A DNA stretch of 64,000 bases from Callorhinchus milii (GCF_018977255.1 NW_024704743.1:1116001-1180000); one strand, 5' to 3'. Numbered from the stretch's first letter, positions 1 to 13,794 are shown. Program-made: numbers and translations. The notes: a model not told the origin generated them from the sequence alone.

Positions 1-319
1 AGAGCTTTTTATTTATTCACTATTAATGATTATTATTATTAATCATTCAGACAGAACTGAATTCAAGTTATATGTTGTTCTCCTTGTTGTTCATATTATT
101 AATTTTTATTGGTGCACGAAACAACACTGTTTAATTAAAGCTGTGCAAATCTCTGTGCCAAGGTCAAACACCACTGTGTTGTTATATCTGGGGGGAGGAG
201 GGTTAAAAATTATTGAAATTAATTAGACCCTAGAGGAAGTACAGTATTGCTAGTTTGTACAGATTAATTGCTGCAGTTTTCATATGATAATAATCCTTAC
301 ACTTGGTATAGCCCCCTTT

Positions 320-585
320 TCACCAGTTCCGGCCTCCTGCATGTCCCTCGCACCCTCCGCTCCACCATTGGAGGTCGTGCATTCAGCCCCAAAACTCTGC
401 AACACTCTCCCTCAATCCCTCCGCCTCGTACCCTCTCTCAAATCCCACCTGAAACCCTTCCTTTTTGACCGTGCTTACAGTCACCTCCCCACCCCGGCTC
501 GGAGTCAGGCTCCGCCACTGTTAAGCGCTCTGAGACGCCACCCTGCGTGGTGGGCGCTGTTTAAGTGCAAGTTGTCGTTGATTCA
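320..585 (+). mobile_element. L2-clade LINE 3' fragment
   Basis: Encodes SSGLLHVPRTLRSTIGGRAFS..LKSHLKPFLF, which matches the C-terminus of the L2 element at 30110-33160. Confidence 0.75.
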
Positions 586-589
586 TGTT

Positions 590-953
590 ACGAGTTATAC
601 TGTAAAGAGCGTTTTGTAGGCTAATGCAGCAGCCAATTTGCGCACAGGAACACCCCACGAACAGCCACAAAGCGATTGACCAATTTTATTCTGGGGAATT
701 GTTGGCCTGGATACCAGGGGAACCCTCGTTCTCTTTTCGAATCGCGCCGTGGGATCTTTAACCCGCAGCTGCTCAGATGGGACAGGGCCTCGGTTTAACA
801 TCTCACCCGAAAGACGGAACTTCCAATAATGCAGCACAACCCCAACACTGCATTTCAATGTTAGTATAGACTATATGAGTTCCAAGTCCCGATATGGGGC
901 TTGAACCTATAGCTTCTGACTCAGAGGCGAGAGCACTACCAACTGAGCCAGGG
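590..953 (-). mobile_element. tRNA-headed Deu-domain SINE (SacSINE/AmnSINE-like)
   Basis: Head TGGCTCAGTTGGTAGTGCTCTCGCCTCTGAGTCAGAAG..GGTTCAAG, central GAGATGTTAAACCGAGGCCC, then TGCGCAAATTGGCTGC. Related copies lie near 22760, 23040, 44100, 55470 and 63490. Confidence 0.7.
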
Positions 954-1462
954 TTAGAGGCAATCCAATCATCTCAGTCATGTTTTGACAACAACTAGAC
1001 ACACCAGGGGTTAATGTTGCCAGACAATTTTCAAAATGTGGAAAAAATATCCAAACTTAGACCGGATGGACTAGAAGCCTGATTCTGTGTACATTTCATA
1101 AAAATATAAACCTTCAGCACAAAGGGTCAGTCCAGACTACTGTAATGTAATAAACATTTGATATACAATACAAATTTATATAGCACCTTTAACGTCGAGA
1201 GGCCAACTCAAAACTCTTCACAGGATATTCTTTGAATAGAACGAATGACTGTATTTTGTGGGCGATCTCAGCAGCCAATTTGCACACAATGTCCCACATA
1301 CAGCCATGAAATAAATGAACCAATTTTATCTGGGGGGATTGTTGGTCAGGTCACCGGGTGACTCTGCCTTGTTCATACACTGAAACAGTGATTCCCAAAA
1401 GCCACACTTGAACAACAACACTGTTTCGTTTTTACTGCTTGAAAGTAACGGCTACTCCTTAC

Positions 1463-1809
1463 CTATTTTATACCTATGTCTGTGGTAGTCCTGGATATCT
1501 CCTTGCTGACTTTCCGGCACAATATCCAATGGATTTTCAAGTTTGTCCAGCACCAGTCGCCACCCCATAGCTTCAGTGCGGGGATCAGGCGTACAGGTGA
1601 CCACCTTCCTTGGGTCCACTTCCAAGGCACCACCAGCTTCCTTTGACTGTTTGGAGGGGAGTACTGACCACAGCGACAGGTGTGGACAGGGGGCCAAGTC
1701 CACTTTCCTTCGTATTTTATAAACCTTTAAATGCTTCTGAAGAGCCTCGAGCATTGCAACGTCGCATTCCAAGAGGACAGCTGGCTCTTCGTCTTGGTTT
1801 TTGTGCAAC
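1463..1809 (-). CDS. IBA57: IBA57 coding exon 2 (exon 3 lies left of the window)
   Basis: Acceptor ctag|G at 1810/1809 joins exon 1 in frame (YR-LHKNQDEE). Contains LLECD, HLKVYKIRRKV, DPRTEAMGWRL and DYHRHRYKIG. Donor G|GTAAGG at 1463/1462. Confidence 0.93.
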
Positions 1810-2145
1810 CTAGCGTGCGGAGGAACAGAGCATCAGGTTTCTAAGAACCGATCAGAGTGGATTTGCCGCCAGGACATGGGTATCAAACCTGCATAAACAT
1901 ACGATTCTCTTCAGCGCACGTACACCCGATTCACAAGTTGCAAAATTCCACAAAGGCATTCCTTTTTTTTAAAAAAATAATATTTGGGAACGTAGGTTAG
2001 GGCCGCCCAACTGCCGAGGGCTTTGGGCTCGCAAAGGAATCTGAATGGGAGTTGATTGGTGCTATTGAGGTCAATTTTACACCCAATTGATATTTTTTCA
2101 CTGTATTGATTAAAAACTAAACATGGAGAAATAATACATACACAG

Positions 2146-2729
2146 ACCCCCTCAGGACACACACACACTCACAGGCACCCCAGGGGACACACACACACAC
2201 ACACACACACAGAGACACCCCAGGACACACACACAGGCACCCAAGGGGACACACACACAGACAGACACCCCAGGGGACACAGACACCCCAGGGGACACAC
2301 AGACACCCCAGGGACACACAGACACCCAGGACACAGACACCCCAGGGGACACACACACACACACAGACACCCCAGGGGGCACACACACAGACACCCCAGG
2401 GGACACACAGACACCCCAGGGGACACACACACAGACACCCCAGGGGACACACACACAGACACCCCAGGGGACACACACACACACAGACACCCCAGGGGAC
2501 ACACAGACACCCCAGGGGACACACACACAGACACCCCAGGGGACACACAGACACCCCAGGGGGCACACACACAGACACCCCAGGGGACACACACACACAC
2601 AGACACCCCAGGGGACACACACACAGACACCCCAGGGGACACACAGACACCCCAGGGGACACAGACACCCCAGGGGACACACACACACACAGACACCCCA
2701 GGGACACACACACAGACACACACACACAC
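2146..2729. repeat. Minisatellite (CA)n-GACACCCCAGGGGA in IBA57 intron 1
   Basis: Many tandem units of cagacaccccaggggac separated by variable CA runs. Confidence 0.95.
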
Positions 2730-3079
2730 CTGTACATGATGGAGTCGAACACGCTCCTCCCCTGCACGTTCAGCAGGTGACAGTAAAGAGCCGCGGCGGT
2801 GCCGCCGCTCAGCAGCAGCTCCACGTCGTTGGTCACCAGGCCCTGCAGGAAGCTGGCGGTGTCGCGGCCCCCGAGGCCCAGCAGCGCGCGGTGGGCCAGA
2901 GCGTAGCAGCGATAGCGGGGGGACGCGGCCTCGGGCTCCGGCCCCGCGGCGGCGGCGGCGGCGGCGGCGGAAGAGCGGCGGGCGGGTGAAGGCGGCGGCG
3001 GCGGCGGCATCAGCAGCAGTAGCAGCCGCCGCCGGTGCGCCGCCAACCCCGGGCCGCGCCTCAGCTGCAGCGGCAACAT
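2730..3079 (-). CDS. IBA57: IBA57 (mitochondrial Fe-S cluster assembly factor), coding exon 1
   Basis: ATG at 3079. An Arg-rich, acid-poor N-terminus resembles a mitochondrial transit peptide. It is followed by the GcvT/YgfZ-like segment RALLGLGGRDTASFLQGLVTND..LLNVQGRSVFDSIMY. Donor AG|GT at 2730/2729 (phase 2). Confidence 0.93.
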
Positions 3080-3660
3080 TCCCTTCTCTCCTCTGCGCCC
3101 GTTTTTTTTTCCCCTTCAGTTAAAACTTTTCCTCACAGGAGCCGCCGCCATCATCTTCTTCTTCAGCCAAACTCCCGCCAACAAACAAGGAGCCGCCGAG
3201 TCGGGGGGGAAAGATGGCCCCGCGGCTCTCCGCTCGCTCGCGCTCTCTGTGACGGTGACAGCGCCACCTGTTGGTTGGAGGTCCGCGGGTAACACGCCCC
3301 TCCGCCTGCAGCGCCACCCGTTGGTTGGAGGTCCGCGGGTAACACGCCCCTCCGCTGCAGCGCCACCTGTTGGTGTAACGAGCTCCTCGGTCACAGCGCC
3401 GCCTGTTGGTGCAGGTCCGTGTGTGCAATAATACAACTGCACCCAATTACAACAATAATAATAATAATAATAATAATCATTACAATAATAACTCTGGCAT
3501 TTGACACAGCGCCTGATCGGGGCTTCAACACGTCTCAAAGCGCTTCACGGGATACGCCGTAAAGCGAATTGGCCGTGTGTTTTGCGGGCGCAACGCGGCA
3601 GCCGATCGCGCGCAGCAGCGTGTCCCCCCCCTCCCCCCCTCCCCCCCCTCCCCCTCCGCG
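2770..3660 (-). promoter_or_regulatory. CpG island / IBA57 promoter with four CTCF-like motifs
   Basis: High CpG density around the ATG. CAGCGCC(A/G)CC(T/C)GTTGG occurs at 3259, 3309, 3358 and 3394. Confidence 0.65.
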
Positions 3661-5596
3661 GACAGCCGCGGGTTGAGTGACCCGATCGTTAAAATATTTT
3701 TTTCATCATAGTTTTTAGATTAAGAATCTTAGGGATTCTTGACCCCAGGAAAGTGAACCGCCAATCGACGAACAAGCGGGTTCCTGCTTACCTAAGGTTT
3801 CGCTCCCCCCCCCCCCCACCCCCCACCCCCCACCCCCCACCCCCCCACCCACCCCCCACCCCCACCCCCCACCCCGCCCGCCCGCCGGGGAATTGAACCC
3901 GGGTCCACTCGCCTGCGAAAGTTGTCGTCGCAATAGTAAGCAGTTAATCCCGCGAAGCGCTTTGAGATGTTTCAGCGATGAGGCTTTACTTCACACGGAT
4001 GGTTATTTTCATCCGTACATTTGCAATAGATATTTCGTAATAATTATAATAACACTCCCGGCATTTGACACACACAGCGCCGCATCACGTCTTCTGGACG
4101 TCTCAAAGCGCTTCGCGGGATACACTGTACAGTGAATTGACTGTGTGTTTTGTGGGGGAGAACAGTGGCTTATGATCCGCCGTGCGAGCTTGCAGGTCAG
4201 TGAGTTGTTCTGTATTGCGAGTTATTTCAGTTGCCACGAGGGGTCACACTCGATCCTGACCGGATGGCATCGTCTAAATTTTTTTTCTTTACATTTTGGA
4301 TGAATATGACACAAGTGGAATAGTAAAGGGGAGACAGTAACAACAAAATGACGTCTGTGCAGCGCCGTTCACGTCGGGAGAACGTCCCAAGGCCCTGGAC
4401 AGTCAGTGTTTCGGACCCGGGGCGGGGCGGGCGGGGCGGGCGGGGCGGGGGGTTGGGATTGAGTCGGAAGGAACGGGGAAACGGAATTAGATTGCGCAGA
4501 TCTAGTGATCACACACAAGCGCTGGCGAGGCTCTATTCGCCAAATGTTTTCCTTCTGAGCTGCAATGTCTACCACAACCTGTGTTTGGACATGTGGAGTC
4601 CTGCAGCTCAGTGGTTGGAGCGCTCGCCCGGCAAGCGAGGCACCCGGGGTCAATTCCTCGGGCACGTTTCCTTGCTCCACACGCCTGATAATAATCCCTC
4701 CAAAAAACAAAACGGTAATAAATTGGTCATTTTCAATCCACGGCTGTTCTTGGGGGGACGCTGCTGCGCGCAATCGGCCGCCGCGTTTCGCCCACAAAAT
4801 ATACGGTCAATTCACTTTACGGTCTATTCTGCGAAGCGCTTTGAGACGTCGAGGAGGCGTGAAAGGCGCTACATGAATTGCAAGGATTATTATTGTATTA
4901 TTATTAGAGATAGCGCCCCTGCACGCAGACAGAAGGGAGTTTCTCTCTCTCCTGGTGTCTGGCCAACAATTCCCCCAAATAAGATTGGTCGCTCGCTCCG
5001 TGGCTGTTTGTAGGGCGTTGCAACCGAATGTTTCCTCGCGATAACATTACGATAACATTACGCTTCTCAGTAGAATCCCGAGAAAGCTTCGACAAGCCTC
5101 AATTGCACGGCGCAGCACGTATTTTCGCCCGCAAAATAGCGCCAATGCCGGGCTTACTAAGCGAATAAGCAAATAAGACGTTTGTTTACTAAGAGAACAC
5201 AGAAAAGCATCGCGCACTGTCCGTCCCCTGGGAGCTGCGCCAATGCTAAATTTACTCGACCGACTCACAGACGAAGCTTTTGTGCTCTGTTTTCCTCCCA
5301 CTCACACAAATTCCCGAGTGGCGGTGTGCGCGGGTTTCCAGATAAGGCTGTGTGGACAGAGCTGGCGTTTGCCCTCCGTGTCCGCGCCGGCTTTTTTTTG
5401 AAAGTGCGATCGACTCAAACCCCTCCGCTCAGCTTTTTCCGAAACCCCCCGCAAATGATTCCTCTTTAGATATTGAACCAGTTCCCCCCCCCCCCCTCGC
5501 CCCCGACACACCACGCAGCCCGAAACCGCCTCCTCTCCCCCCCCCCCCACCCCCCACCCAATGGTAACGAGACACAAGTCCGCTTTTTGTAGTAAG

Positions 5597-5602
5597 TTTA
5601 TT
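5597..5602 (-). terminator. Candidate GJC2 polyadenylation signal
   Basis: AATAAA on the minus strand in non-repeat sequence, about 5 kb downstream of the GJC2 stop. Confidence 0.35.
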
Positions 5603-8600
5603 AAAAGGTATTCAAGATGTACAATGGCAAGAGGCAGTTAAAGTGAAAACTGTGATGAAACTGACCAATATTCTGCCCTCGAGCTGCTTCATAATGATGA
5701 GGCCTCCGAGCCTGGACCCTTTAACCCACCCCCACTCCCACCCGCCCGCCACCACACACACACACACACACACACTCGCACGCACATCCTCCGGGACAAG
5801 ATGAAGGAACCACTATTCATGTGTTACATGTGTTTGACACGGTTGTTGCTGGGATTGCTTAATCAGTCGGGCGGGTGTGAAACCCATCACCAAGTCAGAC
5901 TGAACGTTCCTCGTGCGTCCGTCACCCGCCCGTGGAAATTTTCCCCGCGTCTGGAATGAAATGCGCCCCCTCTCTCTCTCTCTCTCTCTCTCCCTGGAGG
6001 GATACACCCCGCTCACCTAATTCCAGTGAATAATAGGCACAGCTTGGTTAAAAAAAAAGGCCGGGGCTTAGAATATGTGCGTCAACCTGTTAAACTCACA
6101 CAACTTGCCATTGAGAGCAACTGTTTGGCAATCTTATTATGCAGTGTGGCGTAAGGAAACTTGCCTCAGGTTTCACCCCGTCGGGGAATTGAACCCAGGT
6201 CCTGCTCGCTACGGGACTCAGTGGGATGTAACTCCGAGCATTGGGGAGAAGGGAGAGGGAGGAAGAGAAGCCCAGTCGAAGACTAGACTTGCAGACACGT
6301 ATAGAGAGCGAGCGGGGGGGGGGTGGTGGTGCGGGGGTGGGAGAGAATCAAGGCAGGGGGTCTGAGGGAGGAATTTGCAGAGGTTAAGTTAGGTGAAGGT
6401 TAGGCCACCGAATAGTGTTAGTATGAAACAGGCACATGGGATCTGGTTTTAACATCTCACCGACTGCGGTGGTGGTGGTGGTGGTGGGGGTGTGGATGAG
6501 TGGGTGTAATATTTTGCCCAGAACACTCACAGTAGTGAGGTCTCCTTGTGCCCTTGCAATTGGAACCACAATAACCACCTCGATACAGCGGGTGAGCATC
6601 TCACAGTGCAACTGCTTCCTGGCCCAAAGCATTCGATACCAGTTTGGCTAAACCTGACCCGAGTTGGAACGCGAAGGTGGCTTTCCATCCCAACTTCAAG
6701 TCCCGTGTAAAAATGGATCAACAAACCAAACCCCTCAACGGATGTCAGAAAGAGACGCTCGGAAAAAAGGAAACAGAAAGACCAGGTTGGACGTAGTCAA
6801 TCATGCTTCCTGAGGCCTGAAATTCCACCTTATCTTAGCCTTTAGGATCGGCCGGGTGTCTGACACCCATCTCTGTCCTCGACAGTCTCCAAACCGACCA
6901 CCTGAGAGCTTCTCATCCGCACGGTTTCCGTTTTGTTTGGTCCAAGACCATACAACACAACATACAGTTTAACACAACATACAGTTTATACAGCACCCTT
7001 CACGTCGGGAGGACCTCTCAAAAGCGCTTCATAGTACTTGGTGGGCACCCGCGATGGGGGGGGGTGGTTGGGAGTCAAGGGGAACGGGGAGGGTAAAGGT
7101 AGAATACTTCCAGGTTGGAAGCACAGTCCAAGGTGCTTAACAATCCTGGTTTGGCATCTTTGGCAATGCAATTCGGAATCGCGCCCCCACTCCCCTCTGT
7201 ACCGGTCTCCAGCCCCCGGTTCCTGAGCCAGGAGGGGCCGCAGTGTCCCAGGGCACTCACGGCTGATGGCAGCACAGCCCGGCCCTGGCTCATCCATCGG
7301 CAGGAACTGGAAGGGCCGACCAGTCACTGGGGGCCGGGAATCCTCCCCCTCAGCTCCTGTTAACCCCACAGCCAAAGCCCCAACTAACTAACTAACGGGG
7401 AGGGTGGTCCTAGCTGGACAAGCAGCGGGAAAGCTTGGCCAGCACTCGAAGGGCAACAAAAAGCAGGGTCAAGGAGGTACAAAATGAAGATGTGGAGGAA
7501 TCGAGTGGAGTTGCTATGGATTTCCAGAGAAAAGAGTCGACTTCAGACCGAAACACCATTTTGTCTTGAGGCTCACGGTGGCCCGGAATTGTACACGGGA
7601 TTTAAATTCAGTCTTAATTTAGATTTTAGTCTTAATTTAGAAGCCATCCCTTTTTTTCAAGAACCAGGAGGGAGGTGGGGTGGGGCAGGGGTGGGGAATG
7701 GGGAAACGGTTTCCATATTAAGTACGAATTTCCTTAATTCTGTGCCATCTTAAACGTTAAGACATAATAATAATAATCATAATAATAATAATAATAAAGG
7801 GGCCATCAATATAAAACAGTCACAAATAGATCAAATAGGGGAGTTAGACGTAATTTCTTCACACAGAGAGTAGTGGGAATGTGGAACGAGGAGTAATTGA
7901 GGCAAATAGCACAGATGTATTGAAGGGGAAGCTCGATAGGTCCATGAGGGAGAAAGGAGGAGAAGGTTAGGCTTGAAGGCTTAGTTGAGGAAGGGCAGGA
8001 GGAGGCTCGTGTGGAGCATAAACACCGGCACAGACCAGTTGGGCCGAGTGGCCCGTTTCCGTGCTGTATATTCTAATGTATAATAATAATAATAATAATA
8101 CCACATCTCATCCAAAGGACGTTATGCCTGACAAGTGCAGGGCTCTCCCAGCGTTTGTGCCGGAGCATCAGCCTGGGACGAAGAGCTCGAAGCCTACGGG
8201 GGCGGCAGTACTTGAACCGGCAACGTCTGACTCACGCCGGCGCCCGGTTAACTAACACCAGGTGCAATTTCAGACTGACGCAAGTTGCTTTTTTTTTTAC
8301 ACACGCGCACGCGCACACAAGAGATCGAGAACCCGGCCGGTAAGCGCGACCCAGCGGAAAATACTCCGGGTCTTTTCCCACCGTAAATAAAGTACGGCAG
8401 TCGTTTCGGATGGCAGGAGAAGCTCGCTCCGACTATTGTTCGACCAGAGAAGTTGACGTCGGGGGGGAACCGAGTTCTCGATCGGCTTCAGGTTAAGGCA
8501 CGTTTGAGAAAGTTATTTTATTTTTTTTCATTTAATTTTCGCCCTTTCGAGTGCAAAGAGAAAAAAGCCTGTGGTTCTACTTGCTCTAAATCTATATGTA

Positions 8601-10631
8601 TGTATATATATTATATATACGTACGTATAACACAAACCCGGTCAAGCTCACAGACCCTGTCCCGATTTAGATCTGCGTTTGAAAAAGAAAATGAAACGGA
8701 ATAACACAACCAACGTGCGCCGCCAGCTGTCCAGTTTGGGCTGAGAGAAAATAACTTGCCTTTTTACGAGGCCGAAATGGTTCAACGAACCTCGCCGGTG
8801 ACTGCCGACAATCGTAGCGACCGAGCCCCGGCTCGTCCCTCGTCCCTTACGTTCCACAATCGGTGGCCGCGCTTTCAGCCACGGCGCCCCCCCCCCCCCA
8901 CCCCCACCCCCGAAACTCTGGAACGCTCTCCTCTCTATCCCTCGCCGGCTCTGGGGCCGCTGCCCTAGGTGGGGGGGATGGGGGGGGGAGGGGGCTGGAG
9001 GGGAGGCCCGGGCGCTGTTGTTGTTGTTGTTGTGTAGTTGGGAGGCAAGCGAGGCAACCGGGAACTTACTCCGGGAAGTTCCGGCTCTCTTCTCACTCTT
9101 TGTCTTACAAGTCCACCACGACCAGACCTCGGTTCGTGTGAACCATCTGAAAGATGGCAGCGAGCTCAACTCCTGCTCCCCCACCTTCCCCCCCACCCCA
9201 CACCCCACCTCCCAATTGGGGTTGGCTTAGTCTACGCGCCCAAGACCCCACATATGGGGCTCAGACCCACCTTCTGACCCCAGAGGTGAGAGTGACGCCA
9301 ACAGCGACCAAACAGAAGTTCAGGTCCTCGTCAAGCTTTGATCCCTTAGGATCCCTGGGAACTCTTAGGACCTTGGAGCTAAGGCTGCTTAGAAACCCAC
9401 GTAGAGAAGGGTGTGAGGATATAATAATAATAATAATAACCATAATAATATTAATCCTAGCATTTTTTTTATATAGCGCCTTATCACGTCGTTCACACTT
9501 ACAAATCGCTTCACTGTAAAGTGAATTGACAAGTGTATTTTCAGGCGAAACGTGGAGTGTGCGACCAAATTTATTGCTGGGGGGTGCGATTGTTGGCTAG
9601 GACACCGGGTGTGGGGCCGGGGGGGTGGGTGGGTGGGTGGGTGGGTGGGGGGGCTGGGAGGGAAGGGAGAAAAAGACGCCTTTGCTTTTCGAGAAGGGAC
9701 AGGAGGGAGAGCGAGAGAGGGAGGGAGGGAGGGAGGGAGGAGGAAGACAGGGGGTGGAGGGAAATTGAATCCAGTAGATAAAAACAGAGGAACATCCCAC
9801 CCCCCAACCACCCCACCACCGCCCTCCCACCCTCTCCAGCCTCGCGTAACGTGATGCCTGGAAGCTGGGGAGCAATGTAGTGTGTGATTAGTTTCCGATG
9901 CAGTCTTTCACAGCTCAGTCACCATTAAATCCGTCAGCTTTTAGAGGGGTGGGGGGTGGGGGGGGGGGTTCAATAGACCTTTTTCTCTCCCAACAGCGTT
10001 GACAAAGACAGGGCAATCCTGTGCGGCTTCAACTCAGCGACAGCGACCGAAGGATTGTGAGCCGTTGAAATGCTCCTCATTTTCTTCGCTGATGTGCTAA
10101 TTATCACCTGCGACAATACTGTATCACTTGCAAGTTCTTCCCCCCCCCCCACCCACCCACCGCCCCTTCCAACTTCCCCCACCCCCTCCACTTTCCTCTT
10201 TTTTTTTACCGCTGATTGAGCCAAATATATCCGAGAGAGAGAGAGAGAGAAAGCCTTAAACAAAGACAATTGTAAACTTTAGTTCCTGATAGGACAGAGG
10301 TCAAATAAATAATAATAATAATCATAATAATAATCCTTGCGTTCGACGTAGCGCCTTATCACGTCGTTGAGACGCCTCAAACGCTTCGGAGTAAGGTGAA
10401 TCGTCTGCGTATTTTGTGGGCGAAACGCGGGAGCCGATTGTGCACGGCAGCGTCCCCACAAACAGCCGTGGATTGATGTGACCAAATTATTATTATTATT
10501 ATTATTATTATTATTTGGTGGGGAGGGAGGGAGGGAGGGAGGGAGGGAGGGTGTGGGGGAAAGAGATTTTTATGATCAACTCCTACTGGGACAGACCTCG
10601 AATCCTCAGATCCTCGTAGGACAAACATGGT

Positions 10632-11936
10632 TCAGATCCACACTGATGGCTTCCCGTCCCCGGATTTGCTGCTGGAGCTCCCTTTGTCAGAGCCGGGTTT
10701 GGGTTTGGCTCCCTGCTTCTCCTGGGCTGCGTTGACCCGGTTCTGCTCCGCCACTGAGCCCCCAGAGCCTGGACTGCCCGCCCTGCATTTCTGCCCGTTC
10801 CCCCGGCTGTTGTAAGTCTGAAAGGCCACGTCCAGCCGTTCCTGTGCCTCCCTCAGGTGGCTGTGCAGCCTGGCCAGGTCTGGGGGCACATTGTCGTCCG
10901 GGCTGGTGCACGGAACTTCCTGAGCCACGTTGCCCAGGACTTGTTTGTGGGCCAGCAGGCCGTTGGGGACCTTGCTGCCCGTCACGTTGGGTTTGACCAC
11001 CATGTTGTATCCGGGCGGCGAGGCTGGGATGTTCCGAGGGAAAGGGTACGGGAAGGGGCGGGCGCTGGTCCTGCCTCGCCTCCTCCGGCTCCTGATCACG
11101 TCCCTGACCGTCCCCATACCCAGGTGGACCATCTCTCCCAGGTTGAGCAGGAGGCAGAGGCAGCTCACCACGTACATGACGATGAGAAAGACCGTCTTCT
11201 CTGTCGGTCGCGACACGAAGCAGTCCACGGTGTGGGGGCACGGCTGCCGGGTGCACACGTAGGAGGGGTGCACCTCAAAGCCGTACAGGAGGTACTGTCC
11301 CACTAGGAAGCCCACCTCAAACAGGGCCCTGCAGATCAACTGGAAGACGTACATCCTCATCAGTCCTTCCTGCCTGATTCTGCGCCTCCCATCGTGCCTC
11401 TGTGGCCTCCCCACTCCCCTCCCCTCCCTCTCCTTCTCCCTCGCCACCTCCTCGTACATCATGGGCTCCTCCTCGTCTTCTTCCTCCCCTTCCCCCGTCC
11501 TCTCCGGCCCGCGCAGGTTCTGCCAACGGACGCCAGGAGGCGCCCTCCTCTTCCTGAAGAACCTCAGCCTCCTCTCCATCTCCATCTCCTCTTCCTCCCG
11601 ATCCTCTTCCTCGGAGGAGGAAGTCCGAGCAACCTTGTGGATGGCGTAGCCCAGGTACATGACGGACGGGGTGGAGATGAGGATGATCTGGAAGACCCAG
11701 AACCTCACGTGGGAGAGAGGAGCGAAGGCATCGTAGCAGACGTTCTCACAACCCGGCTGCTTGGTGTTGCACACGAACTTGCTCTGCTCGTCCGAGTAAA
11801 TGGATTCCCCACCGACAGCCGTCAGCACGATACGAAAGACGATAAGCACCGAGAGCCAGATCTTGCCCACGAAGGTGGAGTGGTTGTGGATTTCTTCGAG
11901 AAGACGGGTTAGAAAGGCCCAGCTCATATTTGACAT
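10632..11936 (-). CDS. GJC2: Gap junction gamma-2 protein (connexin 47-like), single coding exon, 434 aa
   Basis: N-terminus [25 protein letters not shown]. Extracellular Cys motifs [12 protein letters not shown] and [13 protein letters not shown]-terminus [12 protein letters not shown]. Splice acceptor ttctcttccag at 11957. Lies next to IBA57, as GJC2 does in human. Confidence 0.93.
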   Translation of the reverse strand: MSNMSWAFLTRLLEEIHNHSTFVGKIWLSVLIVFRIVLTAVGGESIYSDEQSKFVCNTKQPGCENVCYDAFAPLSHVRFWVFQIILISTPSVMYLGYAIHKVARTSSSEEEDREEEEMEMERRLRFFRKRRAPPGVRWQNLRGPERTGEGEEEDEEEPMMYEEVAREKEREGRGVGRPQRHDGRRRIRQEGLMRMYVFQLICRALFEVGFLVGQYLLYGFEVHPSYVCTRQPCPHTVDCFVSRPTEKTVFLIVMYVVSCLCLLLNLGEMVHLGMGTVRDVIRSRRRRGRTSARPFPYPFPRNIPASPPGYNMVVKPNVTGSKVPNGLLAHKQVLGNVAQEVPCTSPDDNVPPDLARLHSHLREAQERLDVAFQTYNSRGNGQKCRAGSPGSGGSVAEQNRVNAAQEKQGAKPKPGSDKGSSSSKSGDGKPSVWI

Positions 11937-12113
11937 AAGTCCTGCTCAACTGGCACCTGGAAGAGAACGAGGGGCCTCTGTTAGGTTTGAGGTGATCATA
12001 ATAATAATAATGCAGTCCGTCTGTCACTTCTGGAGGGTTGTCCCAATGCGCTTCACAGGATACACTGTAAAGTTGGATGACTGTTTCGTGGGCGAATTAT
12101 AACGACCCTTACA

Positions 12114-12700
12114 ATGAGAGAAACCGAGAAGATACAGAGGAGGGCAACCAGAATGATTGAGGGAATGGAGGGACTGGACTGTGAGGAGCCACTCAGTAAA
12201 TTGGACATGTTCACGCTGGAAAAGAGGAGATTGAGAGGCGACATGATTGCTGTCTTTAAGATTGTAAAGAGGCGAAACAATCTGGATCATGACGGGCTGT
12301 TCCAACTTGTCCAGTTGGAAACCAGAGGCCACGGCCGGCGATGGAAGGGGGTGAATTCAGAACGAATCTACGCAAGTTCTATTTCAGTGAACGAACCTGT
12401 GGAACAGGCTCCCTCGGGAGACGGTTGAAGCAGGAAATGTTGATTCTTTCAAACACAGCTCAGATTAGATTTATTTTTAGGAAATAACATGATGGGATAC
12501 AGTACAGAGGGGGAGTTTGGGACATATGTGCAGGCGACTGCCAGGAAGGCGGAAGGTGAATTAGATGGTTATGTGGAGGAGACCAAAGGCTTAGTTGAGA
12601 AAGAGTAGGAGAGGCTCATGTGGAGCAAAAACACCGGCATAGACCGGTTAAGCCGAGGGACCTGTTTCAGTGCTGTATAATCTAACGTATTCGAGATGGA
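12114..12700 (+). mobile_element. CR1-type LINE 3' fragment(s)
   Basis: Encodes EKIQRRATRMIEGMEGL..LEKRRLRGDMIAVFKI..TRGH, typical of the CR1 ORF2 C-terminus. Confidence 0.85.
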
Positions 12701-12949
12701 CCTTGGTCTTTTCTCGTCCAGCATGTCTTATGTTCTTAGAATAATAATAATTTGACCCAGCGCCTTTTCACGTCGTTGGTCGCGTTGCGTCATTTTTGGC
12801 GAGAAGTTTCGATGCTCCGGGGTCGGGCGAACTGCTACCCTGCGCTCTCGCTGGACGTGATCGAGATGGCGGAGACAGAAGATTGGAACAGCTGGTGCGA
12901 GCAGGAGCTGTCAAAGGGAATCTTTCACTCCACACCATTCTCTCTCCCT

Positions 12950-12988
<39 letters not shown>

Positions 12989-13126
12989 CAGAGCTGGTAA
13001 ACTGCAAAGATCTGCATAATCACCAGGTGATTACATGTCGGGAACATTACTTCCCAGCCATTAACCACGAGGTGCAGTCAATTCCGCACGGATTGCATCG
13101 CAGTGGGGCCATCTGACTTGCTCTCG

Positions 13127-13160
<34 letters not shown>

Positions 13161-13477
13161 CATTCCAACAATATCTCCTGGACTTCCAGGTGTAGGTCGG
13201 AAGGCCTGGAATACTCAGCTTGGGTTTGGGAGGCTTTTAAGCAAAGGTGATGGGTTTCCGCACGTGTCAGACTGACCAAAGGTCAATGCGTCCAGATATA
13301 TTGCAACCAGATAAGACATGGACAGTCACTACGCTTTACAGGGTCTCCTGTGAAGCGCTTTTGAGACGTCTCGAAGACGTGATCAGGCGCGATAGCAAAT
13401 GCGAGGATTATTATTATTATTATTACCTCTGTCACGGTGCTTATGGTCAACTCGCCCTACTCTCTAATGTTTTTAAA

Positions 13478-13794
13478 ATAATAATAATAATCCTCGCCTT
13501 TGATAGAGCGCTTTTCACGTCGGAAGGACGTCCCAAAGCGCTTCACAGAACACACTGTAAAGTCAATTGACTGTATATTTGTGGGCGAACGCGGCGGCCA
13601 ATTGCGCACAGCAATGTCCCACAAACAGTCGTGGATCGAAAATGACCAATTTATTATTGTTTTTGGTTTTGGAGGGATTATTATTAGGCTCTGTGTGGAG
13701 TAAGGAAACTTGCCCCGAGGTTTCGCCCTCTGCCTGGAATTGAACTCAGGTCTCTCGCTCGCAAAGCGAGTGCTCTGACCACTGAGCTACAGGA
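13478..13794 (-). mobile_element. Young tRNA-Ala-headed SINE copy
   Basis: Very similar to the copy at 26331-26660. Confidence 0.9.

Noticed and set aside
2117..2729. Cys/Val-rich ORFs extending IBA57 exon 1
   Set aside because: These read through the splice donor into an intronic minisatellite.
3259..3409. CRISPR-like repeat/spacer pattern
   Set aside because: Eukaryotic context, the spacers are themselves repeated, and there are no cas genes.
10687..11912. Overlapping and antisense ORFs within GJC2 (likewise within CYP8B1 and ACKR2)
   Set aside because: Expected by-products of high-GC codon usage, with no independent signals.
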